Assembly: GCF_963921235.1 (NCBI RefSeq)
Contig: NC_086097.1
Location: 28,584,001-28,648,000 of the forward strand
Source: Mobula hypostoma
Lineage: Eukaryota
Length of the DNA: 64,000 nt
Direction of reading: 5' to 3'
Positions 27,256 through 40,205 of this stretch are shown piece by piece (position 1 is the first letter of the stretch; each line of letters begins with the position of its first letter). Below the pieces are notes generated by a model. That model was not told where the DNA came from. It saw only the letters and a list, made by a program, of their open reading frames with translations, and made no database searches. The translations under genes and the position numbers were made by a program.

Positions 27256-27792
27256 AAACACAAAATACTCTGCAGATGCTGGGGTCAAAGCAACACTCAC
27301 AACACGCTGGAGGAACTCAGCAGGTCGGGCAGCATCCGTGGAAACGATGAGGCGACGTTTCGGGCCGGAACCCTTCATCAGGACTGAAGAGGGAAGGGGC
27401 AGAGGCCCTATAAAGAAGGTGGGGGGAAGGTGGGAAGGAGAGGGCTGGTAGGTTCCAGGTGAAAAACCGGTAAGGGGAAAGATAAAGGGGTGGGGGAAGG
27501 GAAGCAGGGAGGGGATAGGCAGGAAAGGTGAAGAAGGAATAGGGGAAAGCACAATGGGTAGTAGAAGGAGGTGGAACCATGACGGAGGTGGTAGGCAGCT
27601 GGGGGAGGGGGCAGAGTGACATAGGGATAGGAGAAGGGAGGGGGAGGGAAATACCGAAAGTTGGAGAATTCAACGTTCATACCCAGGGGCTGGAGACTAC
27701 CCAGACAGTATATGAGGTGTGGTTCCTCCAACCTGAGTTTAGCCTCATCATGGCAGTGGAGGAGGCCATGTATGGACATATCCGAATGGGAT
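27256..27792 (-). mobile_element. Penelope-like element 3' fragment (end of ORF plus terminal repeat region)
   Basis: Minus ORF HSDMSIHGLLHC..RLEEPHLIYCLGSLQPLGMNVEFSNFR resembles the C-terminus of the PLE GIY-YIG region. 15-bp TSD atgtctaccacacat at 27241-27255 and 27793-27807. Confidence 0.75.
27350..27386 (-). ncRNA. Minimal type-I hammerhead ribozyme motif (core intact, stem I mismatched)
   Basis: Minus strand cagtc-CTGATGA-A-GGGT(TCCG)GCCC-GAAACGTC-gcct. Confidence 0.55.
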
Positions 27793-28843
27793 ATGTCTAC
27801 CACACATTTCTTTTTTTGTGCACGATTTATTTATTTCCCTAATTTTTTTATCTATTTACTTATTTCCTATTCACTTGTTACTTAATTATTGTGCTTATAT
27901 CTTTGTGCTAAACTGCCGCTGCAAAACAACAAATTTCACATCATTTTAGTCAGTCATATGAAGTTTGATTATGGGTGGTACTAAGATGTGGTGAAGTCTG
28001 TTCACAATGTTTCATCAGGGGTAATGGTGGAAGCAGACAGATTGGTGGAGTTTAAAAGGCTTTTAGACAGATACGTGAATATGAAGGGGATGGAGAAAAA
28101 CGGATGAAGTACAGGAAAAGGACAGTATAAATTGGCATCAAGATTGGCACAACATGGTGGGCCGAATGGCCTTTCTTGTTCTATGTTTAAGGTGGTTAAA
28201 CTTGGGAATTCCCTCACTGGAAAGTCATTGAATGTCAGTGACCAAGTGCATTTAAAACAGATCCTGGCAGATCGGGCATCAAGGAACGTGAAGATGGAAC
28301 AGGAAAATGAAACCGAGATCGAGCAGGAAAATGAAACTGAGATAGAACATCAGATATGAATTTGGTGTCAGTTTATATTGTCAAATGTACTGAGATACAA
28401 TGAAAAGGTTGTCTTGCATACAGTTCATACAGATCAGATAATTCACACAAAGCATTAAGGTAGGATGAGGGAAAACAATAACAGAACCAGAATAAAGTGT
28501 AACAGTTGCAGAGTAAGTGCAGCGCAGGTAGACAAAAAGGTGCAAGATAGGGGCAACACTGCAGATAGTGCAATCGATTTACAACGTCAGCAATCATTGA
28601 TTCCCGCCACTCCTCGTGACCATGCGCGTTTCCTCCAGATGCTCTGGTTTCCTCCCACATTCCAAAGACATACCGGTTAGAATTAGTAAGCCCTGGGCGT
28701 GCGAGGTTGGCACAGGAAGTGTGGCGACACTTGCCGGCTGTCCCAGCACATTGCGAAAACAATGACACAGGTGATGCATTTCACTGCGTGTTTTGGTGTA
28801 CACGTGACAAATAAAGCTAATTTTCTCTCTTTAAAACAAGGTA

Positions 28844-28996
28844 CAGGTCGACCTTCACTAATCTGGCACCATTGGGACCTGAGGAGGGCCGGATTAGTGA
28901 AAATGCCGAACTACAGAAGGATCACATTAAGCATAACCAGTGCCGGATTATCGAAGGAACTGGATTACAGGTAGTTGCATTAGTGAAGGTCGACTG
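28844..28996. mobile_element. Tigger/pogo-like MITE
   Basis: TA + caggtcgaccttcactaat ... attagtgaaggtcgactg. The right TA is not preserved. Confidence 0.65.
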
Positions 28997-30014
28997 AAGA
29001 TTGTGAGGGCATTAGCTCATCTTATCATACTGGGGAATTTTTCAATAATCTTATAACAGCAGGGTAGAATCTGCCCTTGAGCCTGTTGTATGCTCTTTTC
29101 TATCTTTTGCCTAATGGACGAGGAAGGAAGGAAGGATATCCAGGGAACGGCAAAGCAGTCTTGAGGGGATTTATGGCCTACTTCTGCTCCTATTTCTTAT
29201 GCACCTACCCTTTGATATCCTTCAACTTCCTCTTTACCAAGGCACCCTGATGCCACACTGGGTCAAATGCTGCCTTGATGTGATGTGCAGTCACGCCCTC
29301 TTCACCTCCGGAAAACAGCCCTTTGCTCCATGTAACAGGGTCTGCACGCTGCTCCTGGAGCCGAGTAATATGTAACCCTTTTGTTTGTGTTCAAGTACCA
29401 TGAATTGTTTGATGGTTTGAAATTTGACCTTTGCAAATCGACTTTCTTAAACCTGTCACGGCAACATCAATGAGAACACGCATGCAGAGTTCAAGTCAGC
29501 ACAGGCTGGTGGGAGCCTCACCCCACCCTATCCTACAAACAAAGCACCATCAGTTCTACTGTCTAGATTAATCCTCGGATTCAGCACTCGGACCATGAAG
29601 AGAGACTAAAGAGCAACAGCAGTGGTCAGGAACTCTGCCTCAAGGAAAAGGCAACAAATAAATATTTGGCATAACTCTTTCCTTCACCTTCCTTCCTAGT
29701 TGTTTACAAGAATCCAGGCCAATATTTTAGAGCATTATCAAAGGAGTATTAGAGATATGTTTCAACCATCAAGCCACTGGCTAAGAACTCATCCATTAAA
29801 AGACCCTAAAATATCATATGAAATCCCCATCTGTGTTCTGGCTATATTTATTCAACAATGAACTTCCTACAAAAAAATTACAGTAAACCTCCAATAATAT
29901 GACACACTGGAGTCTTGGTTAGCATTGGATTAGCAAGTTCTCCGTACTATTGGACATTAAACCAAATGTTAATACTTAATATATTTATAATTCAATTTTT
30001 TAAGATGTATTTAA

Positions 30015-30350
30015 TAGGTGACAGGGAGGAGATACATCTCTGTTAAAGGAAGTGTAAGGTGTTCCTTCCCTCTGCTGGCCTGCCAGTCACCCCTGGGCAA
30101 GGTATATCACCTGCTTAGCACCCCCACCCTGATCAGGGTCACATGGAGCAGCTGGAACATATCACAAGTCCTAGTATGCGACCACTGACACCAGGCAATC
30201 TCTGAAGAGTATTGATAATGGCTGCTGGGATCACCCGCCTTGTAAGGACACTGGCCCAGAAGAAGGCAATGGCAAACCACTTCTGCAGAAAGAATTGCCA
30301 AGAACAATCATGGTCATGGCACATACAACTCGACACATAATGATGTTGAT
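30015..30350 (+). mobile_element. Short non-autonomous RTE-related (Bov-A-like end) retroelement; second copy at ~63400-63778
   Basis: Both copies share internal sequence. This one has gaaggcaatggcaaaccac..ttgccaagaa, similar to BovB/RTE terminal motifs, and an (ATG)n-like tail. Confidence 0.55.
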
Positions 30351-32265
30351 GACAGTATTTAAGCATAGCGTTAGAATAGAAGGATTTCTCTTTAGAACAG
30401 AGATGGGGAGGGATTTCTTTAGAGAGTGGTGAATCTGTGGAATTCATTACTACAGATATCTGTGGAGGCCAAGTCATTGGGAATATTTCGACCATAAGAG
30501 CAGAATTAGACCATTTGGTCTTCCCTAACATTCCATCATAGCTGATTTATTTTCCCTCTCAACCCCATTCTCCTACCTTCTCCCCCATAACCTTTGACAC
30601 TCTTACTAATCAAGAACCTATCAACCTCCATTTTAAATATGCCCAATCTTAAAGGAGAGGTTGATAGATTCTTGATTAGTAAGGGTAGCAAAGGATATGG
30701 GGAGAAAGGAATTGAGAAGAAAAATAAATAATGGTGATCAAATGGTGGAGCAGAGTTGATGGGCTGAATGCTTCTCCTATGACACATGATCTTATAATAA
30801 ATTTCCCCCTGGCAATTGGTAATTGATTTATTATTGTCAGCTGTATCAAGATGCAGTGAAAACCTATTGCTTGGTTGCCATTACATTATAATTACATCTG
30901 GCTAGTGAGAAGGAAACCGAATGTAGAATAAATTATTACAGTTACAGAGAAAGAGTATTCCAGGTAAGTAATAAGATGGAAGAGCTACCATGAACCTGCT
31001 GAGTTAGGAACCACCCCCCACCCCTCACCATCTCTAACCTCACTTTCCTTTCCAAATTTCTTAACGCTTTCGGTCTATTAGCATCAAGATGCAAGTTAGC
31101 ACTGGTGACATACTGCAATGCTTTGCAGGCAGCTTACAAAACTTCTAAATATACCTCTTCTGAACTACTCTCACTGCGATCTGCGGTCTGTATTTTCCCT
31201 TTAAATAACGTATTTTCTAATCATCTTAACGAACTAGCGATTTCACGATCTTCTGAAGGACTGTGCAGATGTAACTCTCAAGAGTGCAGGTTTGTCACCT
31301 CTAAGTGGATGAAGACACATTACTGTGGCCGACAGAGAGGAAGGAGGGGAGGACTCCAAGCCAGACTAAAATGAAGAGGCAAGAAATTTGCTCTACCCAG
31401 GACCGAGATATACCAGCTGGTTAAGTAATGTCACAGCCTTTCAAGCCCTGAATGAACCACAATCTGCTGAGGGCCAGGTCAGAGGCATTCAGTACTGGCA
31501 ACCAAGTAAAATACAAAGTCCCGGTACAATCTCCAAAAAGTCATCTCACATGCAAAGTGGCAATTCTAGACCAAACCTGAATCACTGAAGGATGCTCAAC
31601 AGCTATGGCAAGCCTTGAATGCCATCACATCCTACAAAGTGAAGCCAAGCAACACAGACGACAATAAGGCTTCACTCCCAGATGATCTCAATGCCTTGTA
31701 TGCTCACTTCAACCATCAAAACATGGAGGCACCTTTACAAACTCCCACAGCTCCTAACGATCCTGTGAGTTCAGTCACTGAGGCCCACGTGAGAACATCC
31801 CTCAGGAGGGTGAATCCACGAAAATCATCTGGTTCAGATGGAGTACCCGGCTGAATAACTAAAGACCTGTGCTGATCAACTGAGCGCTCACTGATATCTT
31901 CATTCTTCCACTTCAGCAGTCTGAGGTACCACCTGCTTCAAGCAGCTTCAATGATACCGGTGCCCATGAAGAACATGGTAATCTGCCTCAATGACTATCC
32001 TCCAGTAGCACTTACACCCACTGTGATGGAGGTGCTTTGAGAGCTTGGTGATGAAATACATCAGCTCCTGCCTGGGAAATGACTTGGATCCATTCCAAGT
32101 TGCCTACCGTCAATTCAGATCAATGCAAGGTGCCATTTCATTGGCTCTTCACTCAACCCTGGAAGATCTGGACAGCAAAGGTGCATATATCAAGATGCTC
32201 TTCATTGACTACAGCTCGGCAATCAATACTATCATCCTCTTAAAACTAATCAATAAGCTTCAAGA

Positions 32266-32750
32266 ACAAAAACAACAGGAATTCTGCAGATGCTGGAAAT
32301 TCAAGCAACACACATAAAAGTTGCTGGTGAACGCAGCAGGCCAGGCAGCATCTCTAGGAAGAGGCACAGTCGACGTTTCAGGCCGAGACCCTTCGTCAGG
32401 ACTAACTGAAGGAAGAGTGAGTAAGAGATTTGAAAGTTGGAGGGGGAGGGGGAGATGCAAAATGATAGGAGAAGACAGGAGGGGAAGGGATGGAGCCGAG
32501 AGCTGGACAGGTGATAGGCAAAAGGGGATACGAGAGGATCATGGGACAGGAGGTCCGGGAAGAAAGACGGGGGGGGGGGACCCAGAGGATGGGCAAGGGG
32601 TATATTCAGAGGGACAGAGGGAGAAAAAGGAGAGTGAGAGAAAGAATGTGTGTATATAAATAAATAACGGATGGGGTACAAGGGGGGGGTGAGGCATTAG
32701 CGGAAGTTAGAGAAGTCGATGTTCATGCCATCAGGACCGTCTCCACCTTC
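32266..32750 (-). mobile_element. Penelope-like 3' fragment with 11-bp TSD
   Basis: aagcttcaaga at 32255-32265 and 32751-32761. Minus strand ends ..[11 protein letters not shown], followed by a pyrimidine-rich UTR and the terminal repeat. Confidence 0.78.
32368..32403 (-). ncRNA. Minimal type-I hammerhead ribozyme motif
   Basis: Minus strand AGTC-CTGACGA-A-GGGT(CTCG)GCCT-GAAACGTC-GACT. Shows both catalytic boxes, stem II, stem I AGTC/GACT and a palindromic ACGT in place of stem III. Predicted cleavage after GUC. Confidence 0.65.
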
Positions 32751-33878
32751 AAGCTTCAAGACCTTGGTTTCAACACCTCCTTGTGCAACTGGATCCATCT
32801 TTTCCTCACTTGCAGACCCCAGTCAGTTCAGATTGGCAACAGCATTGCCTCCACAATCTCCATCAGCACAGGTGCACCACTAGCCCTATGCTCTGCTTGC
32901 TTTTTAATTATGACTGTCAGGCTAAGCACAGCTGTAATGCAATACTTAAGTTTGCTGACAACACCACAGTAGTAGGCCGAATTAAGGGTGGTGATGAATC
33001 AGCTTGTAGGAGGGAGACTGAAAACCTGGCTGAGTGATGCCACAACAACAACCTCTCACTCAGTGTCAGCAAGACCAAGGAGCTTTTAATTGGCTTTAGG
33101 AGGAGGAAACTGGAAGTCCACGAGCCAGTCCTCAGCAAGGAATCTGAGGTGGAGACAGTCAACAACTTTAAATTCCTCAGTGTTATAATTTCAGAGGATC
33201 TGTCCTGGGTCCAGTATGCAAATGCCATTGCAAAGACAGCACTTCAGCCAGAAGTTTGTGATGATTTGTCATGTCATCTAAAATCCTGACAAACTTCTAT
33301 AGATGTGTGATGGAGAGTATATTCACTGGTTGCATCAATGGCCTGGTATGGAAACACCAATGCCCTTGAAAGGAAAAGCTTCAAAAAGCAGTGGATTTGA
33401 TGACCCAGTCTATTGCGGGTAAAGCCCATCCCATCATTGAGAACATCTAGACAAGCACTGTCGCAGAAGAGTAGCTTCCATTAAGGACACCCACCATCCA
33501 GGCCGTGCTCTCTTCTCGCTTCTGCCATCTGAGAGAAGGTCCAGGAGCCTCAAGACCCACACTACCAGGTTCAGGAGAAGTTATTATGCCTCAACCATCA
33601 GTCTCTTGCACAGAGGGGATAACTCACTCACTCCATCATTGAAAGGTTCCCACAAACCATGAACTCACTATCAAGAACTCCACATCTCATGTTCTAATTA
33701 TTACTTGCAAATTTATTTATTATTATTATTTCTTTTTTTCAGCTTTCTTTCTGAATTTTCAGAGCTTATTGTCTTTTGCACATTGGTTGTTTGTCTGTTC
33801 TGTTGAGTGCAGTGTTTCATTGCTTCTATTGTGTTTCTTGTTCCTGTGAATGCCCACAAGAAAATGAAACTGTTTCTA

Positions 33879-33945
33879 TACACTGTGCAAGGGTCTCAGG
33901 CACACATATCTAGCTAGGGTGCCTAAGACTTTTGTACAGTACTGT
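33879..33945. mobile_element. Tiny palindromic Tc1-derived MITE remnant
   Basis: actgtgcaagggtctcaggcac ... gtgcctaagacttttgtacagtactg+TA forms an imperfect inverted repeat. Confidence 0.5.
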
Positions 33946-34594
33946 ATGTACTACTATGAACCTGTGAGAAGTTGACGGTCTCCTGGCAGAGCAAGATGTC
34001 CCTAAAAAATGCTGCAGATTGTCACAATCCACACTGCAGGAGTACGTACTGAGAGATGCACTGATGCTTGTGTCTCAAAGGGTCTGAGAGGAAGGACCAC
34101 AGCCTGGGTTCCTTCTGCTACCACACATGGAAAGGCTGAATCGGGTGAGACTCAGAAAATACAACTTAACTGTACAAAGCGGGCCTTTTGGCCCACAATA
34201 TAGTGCGGACCTCTTAACACTATTCTACAATCAAGCTAGCCATTCCCTCCTACAATACTTTCCACTTTTCTATCCATGTGCCTAAGACTCTTACATGTCC
34301 CTAACGTATCTGCCTCTACCACCAACCCCCAGCAGTGCATTCCAGGCACCCCACCATTCTCTATAAGACCTACCTCTGACAGAGTCAAAGAGCACTACAG
34401 CACAGAAACAAGCCCTTAGCCCACCTAATCAGAGCTGAACATCTCCACCATACTTTACTCAACTTAAAAGGATGTCCACTGGTTTTGGCTATTGTCATCC
34501 TTAGAAAAATGTGCAGGCTGTGCACTCAAATCTATGCTTCTTATAATGACAGCATTTTAAAGACCTTTGGACAGCTTTATGTATAGGAAGGGAT

Positions 34595-35084
34595 CATCAT
34601 CAGCATCAGCTACCATGCCCAGTTTGAGCTTTGACTGCCATGGCCCACACACTCCTGTTTCGGGTCAAGTGGATCAATTCATTGGTATTCATTTCCAGTT
34701 CTCTGGCTGCTGTCTCCATCATCATTTGTCTTTGTCTTCCTCTTGCTTTCTTCCCTTCAATCTTTCCCATAATTACCGTGCATTCTAACTCCTCTTTCCT
34801 AATCACATGTCCAATGAAGTTACATTGCCTTTTCATGATCTCATACATTATTTCTCTTTTTGTGTTTGCTCTGTTCATGGCATCTTCGTTAGATATTCAT
34901 TTCGTCTATGATGTTCTTTGCATCCTCCTCAAAAACCACATCTCTGCTGCTACAATTTGTTTCCTCATGTTACTAGATATTGTCTGACATTCTAAGCCAT
35001 AAAACATAACTGGATAAACGTACCATTTCAGTACTCTGAGGCGGGTTGTCATGCCTAGTTTGGTATTGGTCAGTATACTCATCA
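34595..35084 (-). mobile_element. 5'-truncated RTE-clade LINE
   Basis: ORF ..FIGHVIRKEELE...GKIEGKKARGRQR..RSVW. (ATG)n tail. 13-bp TSD tataggaagggat at 34582-34594 and 35085-35097. Confidence 0.85.
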
Positions 35085-38000
35085 TATAGGAAGGGATACG
35101 CAGGCAAATGGGACTAATTCAGTGAGGCAATTCCTTAGCATTTACGTGGAACGCTGCCACAAGAAATCAGCATCCATCATGAAAGGCTGTCACCATCCAG
35201 ACCACGCTGTCTTCTCACTACCACCACTGGGCAGAAAATACAGGAGCTTTAGGTCCCACACCACCAGTTTCAGGAACCTACAACCATCAGGCTCCTGACC
35301 AGCATGGATAACTTCACTCAGCACAACTCTGAACCTTCAGACCCACTTCCAAGGACTCCTTACAACTCATGCTTTCAGTATTGTTTCTATTTGTATAGCG
35401 TCTTCTTTTGCACATTAGTTGTTTCAGTCTTTGTTTAGGAATAATTTTTCATAAAAATTTATTGTATTTCCTTTCTTCTGTAAATGCCTGCAAGAAATTG
35501 AATCTCGAGGTAGCATATGGTAACATATATATACTTCAATAGTAAATTTTACTTTAAACTTTGAACTTGGTCAGCATGAAGTAGCTGGGCCAAACGGCAG
35601 TCACTCTGTGATCTTGCCAAATGGCTGATTCTGTGACAGCAAGTTTGGGTTAGAAGATCTATTATGGCAAGGACTTCCTTAAGAATTCCCAGTCACAGGG
35701 TTCAGATACTTTCAGATGAGAAACTTGGAAGTGGTTGAAGGAGTCCTTTTTGATGACTCCCACACATTGACTGCCAGTTTTCCTTAGTTCTATCCAGAGA
35801 TCAAAGTAACCAGTATTTACTGATCTGTCGTGGAATTGGGTTGAATCCAATATCTCTGCCAATTAGATTACAATGAATAGCTTGCAAAGAAAAACAAGTT
35901 AAACTTGCAAAAGAATCATTCATAACCTGGAAACAAACATTTGGGTTTTCCAGTTTGAGAAACAAAGAGAGTGCAAAACTCAAATAGTCTTTTATTGTTA
36001 CACCACTTGTTTCACCAGCATTCCTTCACAGTTCGAGATGTATAGCATGGAAACAGGCCCTTCAGCCCATCTAATCCATGTTGACTATCAACTGTGTAGG
36101 CTCTTCTGGGTGTACCTGTTTCACTTTCCAAAGATGTACGTGTTAGGATTAGTAACTTGTGGGCTGCTCCCAGCATGATCCTCAGACTGTGTTGGTCTTT
36201 GACACAAGCTGTGTATTTCTCTGTGTTTTGGTGTACATGTGACAAATAAAGCTTATGTTGGCTGCACTAATCTACGCCAATCTAATTTTATTCTCCCCCC
36301 CCCCCCATCAACTCCACCCAGATTCTAGTACTCACCTACACTCTGATGAAATGGCCACGTAATTTCAGAGGAAAGTGATTACACTCAACCTTGCTGGAGA
36401 TGCTTTGTGCCCAACACTTGTGGATTGCAAATGTTACTTCCTATTTACTAATCCATGCATGAACACTACCCAAAGACTAACCTGGCACATCAAGAATCTA
36501 AATTTCATTTCAACAAATGGAATTACCATTATATAATTAAGAAGTTACAAGGCAGCCAGGACTAAACACAAAACTCAGAGCATTATAGAAACATAGAAAA
36601 CCTACAGCACGATACAGGCCCTTTGGCCCACAAAGCTGTGCCGAACATGTCCATACCTTAGAACTACCTAGGGTTACCCATAGCCCTCTATTTTTCTGAG
36701 CTTCATGTATCCATCCAGGAGTATCTTAAAAGACCCTATCGTTTCCGCCTCCACCACCACCGCCAGCAGCCCATTCCACACGCTCACAACTCTCTGCGTA
36801 AAAAACTTAACCCTGACATCTCCTATTATAGATAGGATGTGGAATCTTTACAGAGAGAGCTGAGGAGATTTACCAGAATGCTGCCTGGATGAGAGACAAT
36901 GTCTTATGAAGATGGGTTGAGCAAGCTGGGGCTTTTCGCTTTGGAGCGGAGGAGGACAAAAGGTGACTTGATAGACGTGTACAAGACAATAGAGGGATAG
37001 ACAGAGTGGACAGACAGAGATGTTTTCACAGGGTGGAAATAGCAAATATGAGGAGGCACAATATTAGGGTGACTGGAGAAAAGTATGTGGGAGGGGTTAG
37101 TAGAAGCAGATACAGTAGGGATATGTAAGGGGCACATATGCACATGGATGAACATAAATGGAGGGAAAGAAGAGTTAGGTTGAGCTCAGCGGAGGTTTAA
37201 AAAGTCAGCGCAACATCATGAGCCTGTACTGTTCTATATTCATTGTAAGAATGATGTGTCATGACCCAACTGATCAGATTATGAGCAGCCAGTTGTCTTG
37301 GTAAATTCAATTTTACATCAGATAAGAGACTACCTCCAAGATGCTCTCTTCCATGGATTTAAATGCAGAACACAGTGATCTGTTATTCTAAGGCAAGAAT
37401 GCATTAAGGCATGCATCAGTTTTGCATAACTGCTTGTTCATACAAAACAAACAATTATTTAAACTTGTCCAAATTAGGAGCATTGAGAGAAGTTCGGTCA
37501 GTGAGTCAAGTCACACCCAGCTTCTGGGTTGGCAGGATGTGGCTTCAAGCACAACATCAGAATTTAAGAGAGACAAAAGATTCTGCAGATGCTGGAAAAT
37601 TTAAAATTTCAAGATTCAAGAGTACTTATCACATGTACGCTGAAACACAGTGAAATGCAATGTTTGTGTTAACAACACTCACAAAGTGCTGGGGAAACTC
37701 AGCAAGTCAGGCAGAATCTAAGGAGGGGACTGAACAGTCACCTTTCAAGCCAAGACCAGTCTGATGCTCAGAAATTAAGAATTTAAAAGAAAAAGAAAAT
37801 TCCATTCAAGTTAGTATTGCTGATGAGTATTTTGTATCCAGAGATAAAAGATTACAAGTGTTATTTGTCACTTGTACACTGAAACCTACAGTGAAATATG
37901 TTGCCAGTGTACAACACTTCCTCGGTTGACATCTTCCATCAAACTGTTTATTTCACTCCTTTTACATCTACCTTTTCTCTTAAGTATGTTTCTGGAACTG

Positions 38001-38370
38001 TCAGAGCTTGCGATTTACGGTTTGGAGATTGACTGAGTGATCTAGCATTTTGCTGTCTCCGAGAAGATTTCAGGAAGCGAGCATGAGTGGCTTCGAAGTG
38101 AAGAAGCTTAGAGACAAGGCATAAACCCACAACTGTATCCATTTCACTGATTAGAGCGTCCATTAATCGCCGATTAAAGCATCAAGGAAGATTGAAACAT
38201 TGAGGCAAATGCAGAAGGCGAGCGAGGATTTGGAGCCGACTACCTGCTTCTTAATTGTCGCAGTGACGGATCTCTCTGCTGCCGAGAAAGGAGACTGTGA
38301 GGTGGCTGCCTATCACTCGCTGCTCTGAAGGGGAGGCCTCTGTGTTCAAGTGATATCTCTCAATGCTGTA

Positions 38371-39184
38371 GGTTCAACAGAGAAGCTACCTCAGCTAAAT
38401 ACTCCTGCCCCACCTGGTCCGTATTTGCATCAACAAGAGGACTACATTACTTTACCAAAGTGCCAAGGATATTCAGATGTGTTAGTAATAGTTGACAAAT
38501 TTCCAAGATGGGCGGAAGCTATCCCAGCAATAAAAAAAACTACTACCACACACACACACAGACACACACACAAAACCAAAACTCTAATGAAGGACTATAT
38601 TCCTCGATGGAAATTGCCACGCCACAGTGACTCTGACAGGGAACACATTTCACTGGAAATGCTTGTCAAGAGTTATGTCGACTGATGAACACTGAATAGT
38701 CTTTTTGCTGCCCACATCATCCAGAGTCATCAGGACAGGTTGAAAGAATGAATGGCGTCATTAAACAACGACTGACTAAATATCATGAGGAAGGCGTACC
38801 ATGGCCTACAGCTCTTCCCTTGATACTATGCAGCATCAGGGCAGCCCCAGACAAGAACACAAAACAGAGTCCATTTGAAGTGGTGACAGGTTGACCTACG
38901 TCACTACCGGGAGCTCTCGATCTCAGATACGTTCCCTGTCAGATAGTTCAGTTGATTGCTGTGCAAAACTAACACAAGCTATTCAGTCTGCTGCTCAACA
39001 GGTTTCTGCTGCTTGGAGTGATCCATCGAAAGGAGGACAAACCAAGTGGGTCCTGGTCACGAAACCACATAAGGACCCTCAGGGAGCTCAGTGGGAAGGT
39101 CCTTACCAAGTATTGTCAATTACTAATTCAGCAGTTAAGGTAGAAGGTAAAAATAGGTGGATACACGCCAGCCACTGCAAATGA
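38371..39184 (+). pseudogene. Endogenous retrovirus integrase pseudogene (class I, gamma/epsilon-like)
   Basis: DYITLP..YSDVLVIVDKF.RWAEA.P, YIPRW.LP..DSDR/GTHFTG..HHPESSGQVERMNG.IK..L, W..ALP..L..IR..P....SPFEVVTG, then WEGPYQVL..T.SAVKV.G...WIHASHCK. D-35-E spacing is preserved after a frameshift at ~38640. Confidence 0.85.
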
Positions 39185-39468
39185 GCTGAAGTGACTCCAG
39201 ATTTAAGACAAGTACTGAGGGAACACTTCAAACACGAATATAATTACTGAACATTATTATTATAATCCACATTTTTGTGTTTGTTTAAAAGCGATTATTA
39301 CCAGCATAGCTCAAACTCATAAGCATTCCAAATGTATTCAATCATGATGCAGAACTATAAATTGGTTTAGCAGTATTTTGTGATTACTCTGTATTGTAGG
39401 TAATTCTGCCTCTGAATTTTCAGATGTGATTCTGCCAGGGTCTCATTATAGAATCAGAAGTGGGGGAC

Positions 39469-39924
39469 TGCTGGAAACCACTGTCCCTTCTTCAATAATA
39501 TTTTTTAATAAGATTTTTGACAGACTCCTGTGTTTTTCCACAGTCGCTGCCAGAAAGTGGTCTAGCAGCAAAGCTAACAGTTTATCACCTTCCTCGTTTT
39601 TCATTGGCTAAGTATTAGCACATTATCCACATGATACAATTGTTTTAATTATATAGCCTATGAATTAATTCATTCCCATCTAAGGCATTTCTTTTATCTT
39701 ACCTATAGAAGTGATTTATTTCTCAAAAGCGCCATCTCTTTATCTTATATCCTTGAGCATTACTTCCCCTCTTAGCATTGTTTCTCAGCTCTCTATTTAG
39801 TTTGCTCAGTATTTGTACGTTTGTTCATGCTCTAAAATAAACTGAAATCATGGAATTAAGACTGCTCGCCGTTTTTGACTCGCAGAAGAACCCTCAGGAT
39901 CAGAAATTAAACAGAGATCCAACA
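39469..39924 (+). mobile_element. Putative 3' LTR of the ERV
   Basis: Preceded by a purine tract agaagtggggga(c) at ~39456-39468. Ends TGctgga ... tccaaCA (6/7 inverted match). AATAAA at 39836-39841. Confidence 0.7.
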
Positions 39925-39944
39925 CTATTAAGCCCAGTGAAACA

Positions 39945-40205
39945 TAGAAATATAGAAACATAGAAAATAGGTGCAGGATTAGGCCATTCGGCCCTTCGAG
40001 CCTGCACCGCCATTTATTATGATCATGGCTGATCATCCAACTCAGAACCCCGCCCCAGCCTTCTCTCCATACCCCCTGACCCCCGTAGCCACAAGGGCCA
40101 TATCTAACTCCCTCTTAAATATAGCCAATGAACTGGCCTCAACTGTTTCCTGTGGCAGAGAATTCCACAGATTCACCACTCTCTGTGTGAAGAAGTTTTT
40201 CCTAA
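39945..40205 (-). mobile_element. CR1 3' end fragment
   Basis: Near-identical to 7240-7485. (catagaaa)n tail. Confidence 0.8.

Larger units (their letters stand above)
31050..33850 (+). mobile_element. Degenerate Rex1/Babar-type LINE, interrupted at 32266-32750
   Basis: [60 protein letters not shown]. Many stops and frameshifts. Confidence 0.8.

Noticed and set aside
28297..28348. 24-bp tandem duplication encoding EQENETEI twice
   Set aside because: Simple local duplication with no splice context or protein similarity.
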